A stretch of DNA of 64,000 nt from Octopus sinensis (GCF_006345805.1 NC_043000.1:131378001-131442000), one strand, 5' to 3'; positions 26,671 to 38,994 are shown, numbered from the stretch's first letter. Program-made: numbers and translations. Notes: a model not told the origin generated them from the sequence alone.

Positions 26671-27886
26671 CGGCACTACTACTACCACACCATCACCATT
26701 GACACTTGCTCCATTTACACTATTACAACCACTACTGACGCTGATATCCCTATCACTCACTACCAGCATCGCAACCACACCACCACCACTACCACCACCA
26801 CCACCACCACCACCACTACCACCACCACCACCACTACCACCATCAAAGGGTAAATATAATCCGAAAAGAAAGGAAAGAAAGAAAATTAGAGTTACGTCCC
26901 CTTCGACCGTAGAAATTATAATTAAACTAACTGCTGTAGAATACTTCAACGGAATTATATAGGACGGGTTTCTTTCAGTTTCCCCCTACAGAATTAACTC
27001 ACAAGGTCTTAAGCTTGTAGTAGAAGACATCTATCCAAGGTATTACGCAGTGAGACTAAATCCGGTATCATCTGGCTGGATAGCAAACTTTTTACCACAC
27101 AGTATATAGTATTGCATGTACTGAATATTTATTTTGATATTTATCCTCATTTTTCCCAAACTAGAATACTTCATAACGTCAATTTATTCCAATTTATCCA
27201 TCAATAGATGTTGTGCGTATACATATATGTAAATAACACATTTCTGTGTACTGTTTCTTTTCTGAAAAATCATATAACATTTGCTACTATAAATTAGATC
27301 AGCATGTTTATAACAGCTTGCTTCAGCGACGATCGTCCATGTAACATATGAAACTTTGAAACCTAAAAGTATTATATGAATATTTTAACACATACACTTA
27401 TAGCTTATGTTGTTTCTAGTGTATACATTAGAAGCACATTCGCACACACGCACACTCACATATCGTGTATATATATCGCACGTACATACAGGCACGCATA
27501 TACATGTAAATAAATATGTATGTATATATGTATGTGTTTATGTATACATACATACATATATATTTGAGATTCATCAATCAACTTCATTGTGTGTTAATGA
27601 AACTTTATTTTCTTTATTGTAATATTTACATTACTTTTGCTAGTGTTCAAAGGTGTTTAGCATTATCCCTGATTTCCAATGAAAATCATAACGCCACAAA
27701 GGAAAGCACAACGTATATCCTGGTTCATAGAGACCATATCAGATACTCAGGTCCAGTGGAATTAGCGTACAAAGTATGGATAAGAGCCACCAACTCGTGT
27801 AAGCATCCGTACTTAGCATAAAAAAAGTTTATGGAAACAAGAAGCGTCCTACAGAAAACAGGGGCTGGGCGACCTCTTGATCGCCT

Positions 27887-28086
27887 AGCCTGTGGAAGAC
27901 GTTGAGCCTGTGGAAGACGTTGAGCCTATGGAAGACGTTGAGCCTATGGAAGACGTTGAGCCTATGGAAGACGTTGAGCCTGTGGAAGACGTTGAGCCTA
28001 TGAAGACGTTGAGCCTATGGAAGACGTTGAGCCTATGGAAGACGTTGAGCCTGTGGAAGACGTTGAGCCTGTGGAAGACGTTGAGC
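27887..28086. repeat. 18-bp minisatellite, 11 copies (GAGCCT(A/G)TGGAAGACGTT)
   Basis: Counted directly; one unit has a 1-nt deletion. Confidence 0.95.
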
Positions 28087-28431
28087 GAATTTGAGCAGCA
28101 GTTCATCGTAGTTCTACCTAGTCCATTCGTAGCAAATAAACAGTTAGGTTTACCACAGTAAAAACGTCACAAAATTTTGCAGAAGAAACTGAGGTTTTAT
28201 GCTTTTAAAGTGCAACTTTTGCAAGCACATCAGCCAGATGATAAATTCCAAAGGAAACGGTTTGTAGTGGATATGTTAGTTCCTTATGAGAAATTCATCA
28301 TAAATGATATATTTATAGAAAATTCATAACATTCGTATATGAGTTAGTTGAAAAGAATCTGGAACTGAATTAGTTTTCTTGCATTATGGAAAGAGGATGT
28401 TTTATGTGTGTGAATTTTTGGAGGTTTAGTT

Positions 28432-28506
<75 letters not shown>

Positions 28507-28865
28507 GAAAGGATAGATTAAACAATACAGGCAGAAATCGCAGTAGTTATAAAATAAAGGAAAGTGTTAATCCCCACACACATACTCCCTATCTAATCAT
28601 ATAGGAATATAAAATCTCAAGAAAACACGATGGAAAACTATTATACAGGAAAAATAAATAAAGATCTCTCAGTCTTTAATGAAATAAAAAACGGGAAGTC
28701 CGTCTGTCTTTTCCTCTCTCTCTCATGCACACATACTCATACACGTAAGGCGAAACAAATTCTATAGAAATATAATATAATAAAAAATGAAGCACTAGGA
28801 ATCAAAGAACCCTTGAAATATGAAAGCCTTGCTGAATTGCAAAGAAAGTGTCGTCTGAATTGCAA

Positions 28866-29450
28866 AGGCGGCGAACTGGCAACAACGTTAGCACGCCGGG
28901 CGGTATTTCGTCCGCGTTACGTTGTGAGTTCAAATTCCGCCGATCGACTTTGCCTTTCATCCTTTCGGGGTCGATAAATTAAGTACCAGTTACGCACTGA
29001 GGTCGATGTAATCGACTTAATACCTATGTCTGTCCTTGTTTGTCCCCTCTGTGTTTAGCCCCTTGTGGGTAATAAAGAAATAGGTATTTCGTCTGCCGCT
29101 ACGTTCTGAGTTCAGATTCCGCCGAGATCGACTTTGCTTTTCATCCATTCGGGGTCGATAAATTAAGTACAAGTTTCGCACTGGGGTCGATATAATCGAC
29201 TTAATCCGTCTGTCTGTCCTTGTTTGTCTCCTCTGTGTTTAGCCCCTTGTGGGTAGTAAAGAAATAGGTATTTCGTCTGCTGTTTCGTTCTGAGTTCAAA
29301 TTCCGCCGAGGTCGACTTTGCTTTTCATCCTTTCGGGGTCGATTAAATAAATACCAGTTACGCACTGGGGCCGATGTAATCGACTTAATCCGTTTGTCTG
29401 TCCTTGTTTGTCCCCTCTATGTTTAGCCCCTTGTGGGCAATAAAGAAATA
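28866..29450 (+). mobile_element. SINE family B trimer (unit about 184 bp)
   Basis: Single head AGGCGGCGAACTGGC, unit junctions AAAGAAATAGGTATTTCG near 29083 and 29267; imperfect TSD AGAA(A/G)GTGTCGTC. Confidence 0.9.
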
Positions 29451-29793
29451 AGAAGGTGTCGTCATCAAACGCTACAACAATTCAATGAACAAAACAAATA
29501 GTTCATCTCCACACGCGCGCGTACACACATATTTGCAAAAGCAAGGAAAGTAGTGTTTGGTGTAGGAGTACGGACGAGAACGTCCAAAAACAACAAATGC
29601 AAAATACCTGACCCAATCGTGGGAGGTTGTATCAAAGAAAGAAGGCGCACAGACGCTAGACACAAAAACTAGAAGGTTCTAAGTGATGAGCTAAGAGACA
29701 ACGAATTGACGCTACATTCATGACAGAACTAGAGTTCATACATTGGAAGTTATGCTAGTGTTATGAAATACCGACAGAAATAATTACATAAAT

Positions 29794-29946
29794 CAGGCTT
29801 GGGCAGCCTTTTCCGATAAGTGGACCGCACGAGGGATGGTTCATCATCAGGCGGGCTGCGCTACTATAAAAAAAAAAAAGAATCACGATAATTTTTCACT
29901 GGCTTGCCATTCAGAAAGTCCCGCTGGGTGCTGTTTGCTCATGGCA
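29794..29946. mobile_element. degenerate hAT-like MITE
   Basis: Ends CAGGCTTGGGCAGCCTTTT and GTTTGCTCATGGCAG loosely resemble hAT TIRs; no TSD resolved. Confidence 0.35.
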
Positions 29947-29964
29947 GGTATAATAACTAGAAAA

Positions 29965-30325
29965 TAAGGCGGCGAGCTGGCAGAATCGTTAGCGGTATTT
30001 CGTCTGCCGTTACGTTCATCCTTTCGGGGTCGATTAAATAAGTACCAGTTATGCACTGGGGTCGATATAATCGACTTAATCCGTTTGTCTGTCCTTGTTT
30101 GTCCCCTCTGTGCGTAGCCCCTTGTGGGTAGTAAAGAAATAAGTATTTCGTCTGCCGCTGCGTTCTGAGTTCAAATTCCGCCGAGGTCGACTTTACCTTT
30201 CATCCTTTCGGGGTCGATTAAATAAGTACTAGTTACGCACTGGGGTCGATATAATCGACTTAATCCGTTTCTCTGTCCTTGTTTGTCCTCTCTGTGTTTA
30301 GCCCCTTGTGGGTAGTAAAGAAATA
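29965..30325 (+). mobile_element. SINE family B dimer
   Basis: Two units; flanking direct repeat GGTATAATAACTAGAAAA at 29947-29964 and 30326-30343. Confidence 0.9.
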
Positions 30326-30380
30326 GGTATAATAACTAGAAAAGGCTCTCAGAAATTTAAAGTGGGGGTATACTCAAAGC

Positions 30381-30610
30381 TATGCCAATCCAGACAGACA
30401 AGGAAAGGAAGAATAATCGTGCGGATGTTGTTATTTTAAAGTGAACTAGGAAAGAAAGTTCTATCCTGACCAAAGTATTAGCTCCAAGAGGCGATAATGT
30501 ATTTTAAAAAGGAATGAAGAAATTATGTAAATATAAAGATCTGAAAATGGAGGTGACCAGAGGGCAAAGATTGAAAACAAGGAAACCTCGTAATAGTAGA
30601 TGCCTGGAGA
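30381..30610 (+). pseudogene. R4/Dong-like non-LTR retrotransposon, restriction-like endonuclease fragment
   Basis: Translates PIQTDKERKNNRADVVILK*...KKLCKYKDLKMEVTR, matching the IQTD..NRPD and KL.KY.DL.IEV.R pattern of RLE-clade elements; has in-frame stops. Confidence 0.65.
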
Positions 30611-30805
30611 ATGAATTGCGCTTTAAAAACATGCAAGCAGATATGTAACCGAAACGTCATGCTTTACGCATATAATATGCAGCATATGAAAAGCAGCACT
30701 ACTACACATGTTACCTACAGTGTTTTCAATATAGTGGAAAACACAAAAATAAACAAAACTCAGCACACGTGACGAAAGCACGTAATAGAAATATAACTGC
30801 CGCAA

Positions 30806-30806
30806 A

Positions 30807-30867
<61 letters not shown>

Positions 30868-31047
30868 CGACGACGACGATAACGACGACGACGACAACAG
30901 CAACAACAACAATAATAATAATAATAATATTAATAATCCTTTCTACTATAGGCACAAGGCCTGAAATTTGGGGGAGGGAACCCGGCGTGATAACGATTCT
31001 GCTAGCTCGCGACCTTAATTAAAATAATAATAATAATAATAATAATG

Positions 31048-31090
<43 letters not shown>

Positions 31091-31098
31091 TGATGATG

Positions 31099-31142
<44 letters not shown>

Positions 31143-31149
31143 GATGATG

Positions 31150-31186
<37 letters not shown>

Positions 31187-31192
31187 TGATGA

Positions 31193-31223
<31 letters not shown>

Positions 31224-31428
31224 GATGATGATGATAATAATAATAATAATAATAATAATAATATAATAATGATGATGATAATAATAATAATAAATAATAA
31301 TAATAATAATAATAATGAGGATAATAATAATAATATGATGATGATGATAATAATATAATAATAATAATAATAATAATATAATGATGATGATAATATAATA
31401 ATAATAATACTAATAATAATGATGATGA

Positions 31429-31459
<31 letters not shown>

Positions 31460-31589
31460 GATGATGATGATAATAATATAATAATAATACTAATAATAAT
31501 GATGATGATGATAATAATAATAATATAATAATAATAATAATAATGATGATGATAATATAATAATAATGATGATGATAATAATAATAATG

Positions 31590-31659
<70 letters not shown>

Positions 31660-31670
31660 TAATAATAAAA
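30806..31670. repeat. compound trinucleotide array (ATG/ACG/ACA/ATA)n
   Basis: Directly visible; source of the poly-M/I/L ORFs. Confidence 0.95.
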
Positions 31671-31890
31671 TAGCGGTACCTACGGAAATTCTGTCCAAAT
31701 AGGTAGAAAATGCATATAATGCTCGCACCAGCCGCTACTCGGACGATTTCGGTCTACCGCCTATATGTATTGTGTTTCTAATACAGCGTGTCCATAAGAG
31801 ATATTGTCTCCAGACGAACATCAAGTAAATTTTCTTTTCGCGATGTATTTACATTAAGTATGATTACACAGATGGTTAATTTACTCGTGT

Positions 31891-32265
31891 GGAGGCGCAA
31901 TGGCCCAGTGGTTAGGGCAGCGGACTCGTGGTCATAGGATCGCGGTTTCGATTCCCAGACCGGGCGTTGTGAGTGTTTATTGAGCGAAAACACCTAAAAG
32001 CTCCACGAGGCTCCGGCAGGGGATGGTGGTGATCCCTGCTGTACTCTTTCACCACAATTTTCTCTCACTCTTACTTCCTGTTTCTGTTGTACCTGTACTT
32101 CAAAGGGCCGGCCTTGTCACTCTCTGTGTCACGCTGAATATCCCCGAGAACTATGTTAAGGGTGCACGTGTCTGTGGAGTGCTCAGCCACTTACACGTTA
32201 ATTTCACGAGCAGGCTGTTCCGTTGATTCGGATCAACCGGAACCCTCATCGACGGAGTGCTTCCA
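31891..32265 (+). mobile_element. tRNA-headed SINE family C
   Basis: A-box TGGCCCAGTGG, B-box GGTTTCGATTCCC, body GCTCCACGAGGCTCCGGCAGGGG. Confidence 0.9.
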
Positions 32266-32327
32266 CACAATTTACTCGTAGTCTAATATACCTTCTGTTG
32301 CATGTAACGAATTTTACAAATTTTTAT

Positions 32328-32768
32328 ACTCTTTTACTTGTTTCAGTCATTTGACTGTGGCCATGCTGGAGCACCGCCTCTACTCGAGCAAATCGACCCC
32401 GGACTTATTCTTTGTAAGCCTAGTACTTATTCTATCGGTCTTTTGCCGAACCGCTAGATACGGGGACGCAAACACTGTAGCATCGGTTGTCAAGCGATGT
32501 TGGGGGGACAAACACAGACACAGACACACACACGTACATACATACACACACACACACACACACATACTCTCTCTCACACACACACACATATATATATACA
32601 TATATACGACGGGCTTCTTTCAGTTTCCGTCTACTAAATTCACTCACAAGGCTTTGGTCGACCCGAGGATATAGTAGAAGACACTTCCCCAAGGTGTCAC
32701 GCAGTGGGACTGAACCCGGGACCATGTAGTACGTAAGCAAGGTACGTACCACACAGCCACTCCTGCGT
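32328..32768 (-). mobile_element. SINE family A, full length
   Basis: Same head, internal microsatellite and tail as 3894-4277. Confidence 0.9.
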
Positions 32769-32989
32769 CTATAAATTGCGTTAATTTATGGATTCTCGTT
32801 ACATTATTTCGTTATCTTAAAGATTTTGATTATGTCTTCCAGTTCATCCCATTCGTTAATGTTGTTGGGCTTGTTTCATTATGTTAATTGTTTCGATTAC
32901 GTCTTCTATTTTGTTCTCTATTTAAGGTTGCATAGAGCATAACATTCGAACGCATATCGCGACCATAATATTAAAGATTTATGGCCATG

Positions 32990-33700
32990 AATGCTAGATA
33001 GGGTACGATCAGGAATGCAAAGAGCCGAAATAGGTTTCCCTGAAGTATCTCTGGGGTAATGTTACTCGACAGGGTACTTAACTCGACGATTAGAGCGTCT
33101 CTCCAGGTCATAGATTCAGTACTGGATTGGATTGGAAGCACTCCGTCGGTTACGACGACGAGGGTTCCGGTTGATCCGAATCAACGGAACAGCCTGCTCG
33201 TGAAATTAACGTGTAAGTGGCTGAGCACTCCACAGACACGTGTACCCTTAACGTAGTTCTCGGGGATATTCAGCGTGACACAGAGAGTACAACAGAAACA
33301 GGAAGTAAGAGTGAGAGAAAGTTGTGGTGAAAGAGTACAGCAGGGATCACCACCATCCCCTGCCGGAGCCTCGTGGATCTTTTAGGTGTTTTCGCTCAAT
33401 AAACACTCACAACGCCCGGTCTGGGAATCGAAACCGCGAGTCCGCTGCCCTAACCACTGGGCCATTGCGCCTCCATCCAGTACTACGGACATGTAGTTAA
33501 GATACTGCTGGAAAGGATCGTAAGACAGATTCTTCAAGCCGAGTCAACTGGCAAGAGACCAAAGAGTAGACCAAGAACTAGATGCTTAGATAATATCAAT
33601 AGCCCCAGTTGATTACACTAGGAAATTTAACTGGAAAGTGTAATGAAGATTGCCTCTGATAGGGCTCAATGAAAGAGATGTCTTAGGACTCTACCCACGG
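32990..33700 (+). pseudogene. RTE LINE ORF C-terminal fragment interrupted by a family C SINE
   Basis: GVMLLDRVLNSTIRASLQV before the SINE and YYGHVVKILLERIVRQILQAESTGKRPKSRPRTR after it (RTE GHV..KRP.GRP..RW region). Confidence 0.65.
33133..33474 (-). mobile_element. SINE family C, inverted relative to 31891-32265
   Basis: Reverse complement is near-identical to the 31891 copy apart from two short deletions and one short indel in the tail. Confidence 0.9.
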
Positions 33701-34014
33701 AAAAGGGATTTAGATGGATGCATGGATGTCTTTTGGAATTATAAATACTTCATATAAAATAACAAAAAATTCCCTTAGTAAAATGTTTATAGCTGTTAGT
33801 CATTTTACGCACTTCTAAACTGGGAAGGAGTAAAATATAAATGAGATTAATGTGATTAATGTTCATCTTGACTCTTTCCAGGTTATTAGTCGAAGGGATG
33901 ATATTAGAATGAAGTTTCATGGGCATTTATTCGTTAAGAAAAATTGGGAGCTGACATTTACAAATGTAACCGCCAAACTTCAGGACAAATACCTAAGAAA
34001 GTATTTCGTCTGAT

Positions 34015-35700
34015 ATTGTTGTTGCTTGCTTGTTTACTTCTTGTTTTATTCTCTTGCTTGTTTCACGCAGGTTTGTGGTCCCAGATGCATCATTGTGCAT
34101 AGAGCTGATCAGGTCCATCAGTGCTCCCCACCCGTGCCAGCGCCTCTGCATCCGCCAAGATGACGTCGAGCCGCGGGAATTCTTCCTCAATCACGTTCAG
34201 CCATCTGGAGCGGGTTAGCGGTGTCAAAGGGGCTTCCATAAAGGGTACATCACCCCACCGCCCAGACTACACCATTTTTTGTGACTACGGAGCCCCGGTA
34301 GATGAAGGAATCGACAAACTCCGCGACATCGCATCCAAAATGGAAAAGGGGAGGGTCCGAGTCATTACCGACATGCATCAGCTTGGTTTTCACCCAACTC
34401 ACCTGAAAGCTAAATTAAGATTCTATTTTCAGTATTTTGCTGATTCCTCCCTGAGCCGATCGATCGAGTTGCTGAACAGGGTGATATTGTCCGCATACTC
34501 CAGGTCGGCAAAGTATTGATTCCCGAAGGTAACACCAGCCCTGTTTGACACCGTTGTTGATGGGGAATCAGCAGGAGTACTTCCCGTTCACCTGCATGCA
34601 GTTCTCGACACTGCTATATAGTCGTTGGAATAGAACGGTAATCCTAGGAGACGCGCCAACGAGCCTGAAAATTTTCCAGAGGGAAGTATGGTCGACCGTG
34701 TCGAATGCCACCTTGGGATCGTCGAAGGCGGTGTAGAGGGTGGAGATCTCAGTGGAACTCCAAGATCTTTCAATAATGAGACGAAGGGCAAAAATACAGT
34801 CGGTGATAGATCAATTTGGCATGAATCCGGCTTGTTGTGGACGGCGTCTACTTCTTCTAATGGCGGAAAGAGCACGGCTGAAGGATCCTGGTAAAGAGCT
34901 TGCCTGGGATGGAGAGGAGAGTGGTGCCCTTGTAGTTGCTGCAGATGAGTTTGTCGCCTTGGCTGAAGAGGAGAAGGCAGATTTGGCGTCCGTCAGGATG
35001 ATCGGGATGTCGTGGGATGGTATTTGTCCTAAAACCTGTTGGAGCTGGTCATAGTTGTCGTCCTTGACTGTGTTCTCTGCGACATCTGTTGGGGCACAGG
35101 CAATGATGTTGGAGGAGAAAACGAGTGGAGAGCAAATGGTCGCTCATCGGGTTCCAGCATAGCCAGTGCCACGCTTCAGATGCCCGTCCGGTCTTCGAGG
35201 CAACAGTCTCTCACAATGAATTCACCACTGCCAAGCCAGGGTACGCCGCAGAGTCTCGCCAGGGTGATGTTGTAATGGGGTAGCTCTCGGAATAGTAGAG
35301 TGGCTGTCGCGGGGCGAAGGAGCAATAGGGCATTTCATGTGACAACTGGATTGTTTTGCGTAAATTGATTTCTCGTTGCACGTGAGCATTCGGGGATCTG
35401 TTTCGATGTTGGGCAGTCTGCTTTCTTCTGGTCAGTGTCGTAACAGGTTGAGGGTTCATCTGGACGGGTTGTTGGTCCTCCGCAGAATAGTCGGATGACG
35501 AGGCTGCCATCTTGGTCACGAGCCGACGTACCGTGGGTCACCATCAGTCTGGAACCTCTTCGGGAAACCGGCCTGCCTAGGGTGGTCGTACCAGGATCAA
35601 AGATCCAGACACTATCGCTCTCTCTCGGATCTGCAGAACACGCAAGCCCCCTCACCACGACAAGGCCTGCCGCAGGAGGGGTCTGGCCTTCTGTATCCAA
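34015..35700 (-). mobile_element. internally deleted RTE-clade LINE (5' UTR, part of AP endonuclease, RT, 3' tail)
   Basis: 5' motif GCCTTGTCGTGGTGAGGGGCTTGCGT; IACAPTD...IILTDA (endonuclease); GDKLICSNYKGTTLLSIPGKLFTRIL, AFDTVDHTSLWKI, NNGVKQG, LEYADN (RT); RSRWLNVIEE; (CAAG/CAA)n tail; many frameshifts. Confidence 0.85.
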
Positions 35701-36279
35701 ATTTTTCGTAAGATGGTGAGTTGCAGTTTGAAGGCGGTTCAGCTGCTATTTCTAGTAAGTTGAGCGACCACGTAGAGCTTCCCTCATTGGTTCGTTTGTT
35801 GTTGTATTTTAACCCAAATCATCCTTGATCGAATAGGCCTGTAATCAAGGGCATTACAGTTAGAATCATCCTATCTTTTTTTAGAGGATCTCTTTTTCAT
35901 GGCGATAGGGTGTCATTTGGGAAAAATTTGGCTGTCATTTCTAGCGACTTGAGCAACCACATAGGGGACCCTTTTTGGTATTTTAGCTGCGTTTTTTGTT
36001 ATTTACCAGTTTGGCATTCTTTAACTTTATTGTTGTTTTGTATATCATATCAAACATTGCTTTCAAATAAACGAGCGTTTCAGGAGATTCATTTTTGACA
36101 TACCTTGCTACTGTCAACAATGTACGGTGTCGTTGTGTGGTCAATCGATCTATTAAAAACAACAGTGAAATCTCCCTCAAATTACACCTTACCTTCTTAG
36201 AAATAGGATATGCTGAATGTATTGCTCAAAGTACACTATGCTTTAAAAAAAAAAGAAATGGTCATTGCTAAAATATCTG

Positions 36280-36704
36280 GGATCTTTTCGGTTTGAACGG
36301 CTGTTTTTTCTAGCAGTGTCATATGAAATTGTCACCCATAATTATGACCCTAGTATCGATCTATTGCATTTCAATCTGTTTAAGGGTTAGGGTTAGGGTT
36401 AGGGGTGGGGGGAAAGGTATCTTTTTTTTCTTCAGAAACGTAAAAAAACCTAATCTGTTTCTTAAACGAGGGACATATTTATACGGCACAGAATGTTTTC
36501 ACCTCAATAGACGTCATTGATTGGTTGAAATTGCAGAAATTGAAGAAAAAAAACAACAAATATCTTACAAACTATAGAATTTTCTCAATAAAGCCAAGAG
36601 AAAAAGATGTTTTATAAACACATTCTACCAGTATACGAAGTTTAAAAGTGTTTAGTTACGTGGAAATGATTTTTAAAAAACTGCCGTTCAAACCGAAAAG
36701 ATCT
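36280..36704. mobile_element. GG-ended MITE with 8-bp TSD (Merlin-like) carrying TTAGGG repeats
   Basis: About 29-bp TIRs GGATCTTTTCGGTTTGAACGGC / GCCGTTCAAACCGAAAAGATCT; TSD AATATCTG at 36272-36279 and 36705-36712. Superfamily is inferred from the GG ends and 8-bp TSD. Confidence 0.8.
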
Positions 36705-36813
36705 AATATCTGCTCCATCAGTGCCTGTTAATATCAGAACACAATTAGACAGTAATTATGTATGTGTAGCTACAAAAGATCTTGAGAATATGTCTATGGT
36801 AACAATGAAGAGA

Positions 36814-36868
<55 letters not shown>

Positions 36869-37790
36869 TCAGAGTTAAAGAGTGAGAGACGGCGAGGGTG
36901 TAAACAGAGAGAGGGAGATAGAGACGGTGAGATTGTAAATAGAAGAGAATGTGTGTGTGCGTGAGTGTATTTGAGCGCATGCATGTGTGCATGCATGTGT
37001 GTGCGTGCGTGCGCGGATGCGTGTTCTATATGACAATGTATATGTCAGCGCCAAAACGGTAATCCAAAAGAAAATAAGGGGAAAATAAAGAACAGCCCTG
37101 GTTATCAGGCAGATCTATAATAGTAAGATAGCAATTCAAGTTATGGATGTTATGTACTCTCTTCTCAGAGCTCACCAGAATGACAGCTGACGTTGAGTCA
37201 AGAAGAATGCTTGAATGCTTTCATCATGATACACAGAAACTATTCAGAGCTGGATTTCGTAGACGCAGGACTCCTGTTTCAGTAAAAGAACAGATGTGAT
37301 TCAGTCGTATGTAGACAGCAATGACCCAAGATACTTTGATAGTGGATAAGGCTCTCGGGTTTCTGTTTATTTCTGCTGCTGTGTACGAAAAGATTAGCAG
37401 TGTCGACAGCCAAGGAGCTAATCTTTAAAAGATGAATGGAAATGATCTTTTGTATATCATATCTACAGTGTCTTGAACTGTGCTTCCGCAATAAATGCGA
37501 CAGCTATGGTACGTTTTCCACAAGCAGGGATCAATATATTACTGCTCTTCCTACAGAAGGTGAAGTCAGGACAGTCATAGGTATTATATCTAGCAGCAAG
37601 GACCCTGAATTTAGTACATATCTAACCAATATCTATAAAATTGGATGTATTTGCCTTGTTCCAAGTTTCACCTGAGATCAGAGTGACTCCAAAAGGGCAT
37701 TTTCGCAAGAAGAAAGGAAATCATGAGTACTGTAACGACTATAATATAATCGGAATTTAATCACTGTTGTCAGTCTCTGGAAAGATTCTC

Positions 37791-38424
37791 GGAAAGACTT
37801 CCCCCCCCCCCAGTTTCTCCGAAATTCATTTATTTTTGAAATTTTTTTTTGCAAAAAATCTGCTTCGTGAAATTTTCCCACCCCTTTCCCCAACTTCTTC
37901 AATTTTGACTTTTCCCCAACACTAACCCTAAAACCCTAACCCTAACCCTAAAACCCTAACCCTAAAACCCTAACCCTAAAACCCTAACCCTAACCCTAAC
38001 CCTAACCCTAAGACCCTAACCCTAACCCTAACCCTAAGACCCTAACCCTAACCCTAATACCGTAAGCGTAAGTACAGAAATATTTTGAAATTTTTGTCCG
38101 AATCATGATGATGTCCATATTTTTCCTCATATTTAGAAAAAAAAAAAAAATTCTTAAAAACAATTTTACAGAGATTTTTGGAAATTTTTTTCAGAATCAT
38201 AATGTCCGTATTTTTCCACATATTTTGAAAAAAAAAAATTCTGAAAAAAGTTTAAAATGAAAGAAATGGGGGTAGGGGTGGGTAATTTAGAAATGTCGAT
38301 TTTTGCCAATTTTTTTGCAGATTCGTATTCCCCGTAGCCGAAAAGCCGAAAAGTGAGGGTTTGTATCGAAAAAAAAAAATTTTAAGGATGGTTTTTTTAG
38401 ATGGGGAGGGGCGGAAGTCTTGCC
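37791..38424. mobile_element. second GG-ended MITE with 8-bp TSD (Merlin-like) containing a CCCTAA array
   Basis: TIRs GGAAAGACTTCC / GGAAGTCTTGCC; TSD AGATTCTC at 37783-37790 and 38425-38432; (CCCTAA)n with variants at 37921-38057. Confidence 0.85.
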
Positions 38425-38520
38425 AGATTCTCACTCAAGTAATACTGGATCACTGATTGACCACCTAGATAAAAGCTTCTAGAAAGCTACTGCAGTTTTT
38501 AAGAGGATCACAGTACAATC

Positions 38521-38932
38521 GACGCTGGATTAACCATGGAGCAAAATAAGTACGTGCTTAGGGCACCAAGGGAAGTGGGGCACCACAGAAATGGTAAACG
38601 GTTTACGGCACTAAAGAAATCGTTTTAAACTTGCTAAAATAATATTCGAGATGCCTTATCTGTACTAAGTATGGAAGTAGATGTATTCATAAGATTAATT
38701 TTGAGTGTTTGTTCAAAAACGTTGCAATTAAGAATTAATGGAAGGCTTTTCAAAAATAAAGTGTAAGTATACTAAAATAGATATTATTTTCCATCTTAAT
38801 GTTAGTTTTGTTTCATTTTGAAAAATAAAAATTCATTTTATGGCTTATTATTGTTTATATTTTGAATTACATATATATGGGAGGTACCAAAATTTACAAA
38901 ATGGGCAGGACCTCTATGGGCGTTAATCCAGC
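38521..38932. mobile_element. degenerate non-autonomous DNA transposon
   Basis: Inverted GCTGGATTAAC / GTTAATCCAGC near both ends; no TSD resolved. Confidence 0.4.
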
Positions 38933-38994
38933 CATAGCATTTTCAACAAGGCATCTTCATGAGGATTATCGGGAGTAGTCTAATGACACCTTAA

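Noticed and set aside
26647-26962. Poly-Pro/Thr/Gly ORFs
   Set aside because: They are translations of an (ACC)n microsatellite.
27887-28086. CRISPR-like array
   Set aside because: The repeats are directly adjacent with no unique spacers, there are no cas genes, and the context is eukaryotic.
31891-31965. tRNA genes at SINE heads (also 10812, 45137, 60863)
   Set aside because: They have A and B boxes but no convincing cloverleaf, and each continues into a repeated SINE body.
37140-37680. Possible further RTE fragments
   Set aside because: Only faint motif resemblance (LPTEGEVR, SSKDP); not enough to call or bound.
37921-38057. True telomere or chromosome-fusion scar
   Set aside because: The array is short, degenerate, in one orientation, and enclosed by TIRs and an exact 8-bp TSD.
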